Source: Tubiluchus corallicola
Lineage: Eukaryota; Animalia; Priapulida
Direction of reading: 5' to 3'
Assembly: GCA_030141605.1 (NCBI GenBank)
Contig: JAQGDQ010001821.1
Span: forward strand, 1 to 24,274
DNA: 24,274 nt
The notes beneath the pieces are model-generated. The model searched no databases, was not told where the DNA came from, and was given only the letters and a program-made list of their open reading frames with translations. Position numbers and translations under genes: made by a program. This document shows, piece by piece, positions 18,601 through 24,274 of this stretch. The stretch's first letter is position 1, and the number at the start of each line of letters is the position of its first letter.

Positions 18601-18954
18601 CTTATTAGCTAATAATTTGATAAGTCTGTATTATATAGCCGAGAAAATCACATGTTATGACGTGCAGTGTGCATCATGAGTGCCTCATCTTAGTGAGTTA
18701 TCCCAGGTAATTAACAAGATACTAGATTCTAATCTTATTTATTTATTTATTTATTTATGTGCCTGTTTTTTTAGCAGTGTAGCTAAAGCCGGACTATTTT
18801 TTTGCTGGTTCACCAGGTGGCATGAATATTATAAATTACTAAGAATTTTCTTTTCCAATCACGTAATTTCATGCATGGAAGTGTAAATTCACTGAATCAA
18901 CTTTTCAAAAACAGCAGCCATCTTTAGGCTTGAACTGCAGAGGATTGTGGGTAA

Positions 18955-24184
<5,230 letters not shown>

Positions 24185-24274
24185 CTACGTAACAAAGAAA
24201 CACGCAGTAGTAAACGTCATACTTTAAACTTCGCTCTGAGCTCAGTCAGTGGAGTACGGCAGGTTTGTATCATT

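Overview
AT-rich, microsatellite-saturated eukaryotic (probably invertebrate animal) genomic DNA. Nearly all ORF-track entries are translations of simple repeats; the real genes are spliced and were reconstructed by hand. (1) The last five coding exons of a RASEF/Rab45-type large Rab GTPase lie on the minus strand (24184 down to 18955, ending in a CC prenylation motif). (2) An unrecognised five-coding-exon gene on the plus strand (9317..16481) encodes a 253-aa signal-peptide protein. It is Asp/Arg-rich, has no Cys after the signal peptide, carries an RGD, and converges on RASEF. (3) A near-identical inverted copy of that gene's exons 2-4 with their introns (1..~3580, minus strand) has no visible signal-peptide exon. 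The only exon 1 therefore sits in a ~6 kb spacer between two long inverted arms, the geometry of an invertible promoter/leader cassette, though a haplotype or assembly artefact is possible. The spacer and introns hold nested foldback repeats, a T-box/E-box motif cluster, divergent B-boxes, duplicated splice acceptors, an 86-bp structured satellite with a 3-mer higher-order pattern, and many mini- and microsatellites.
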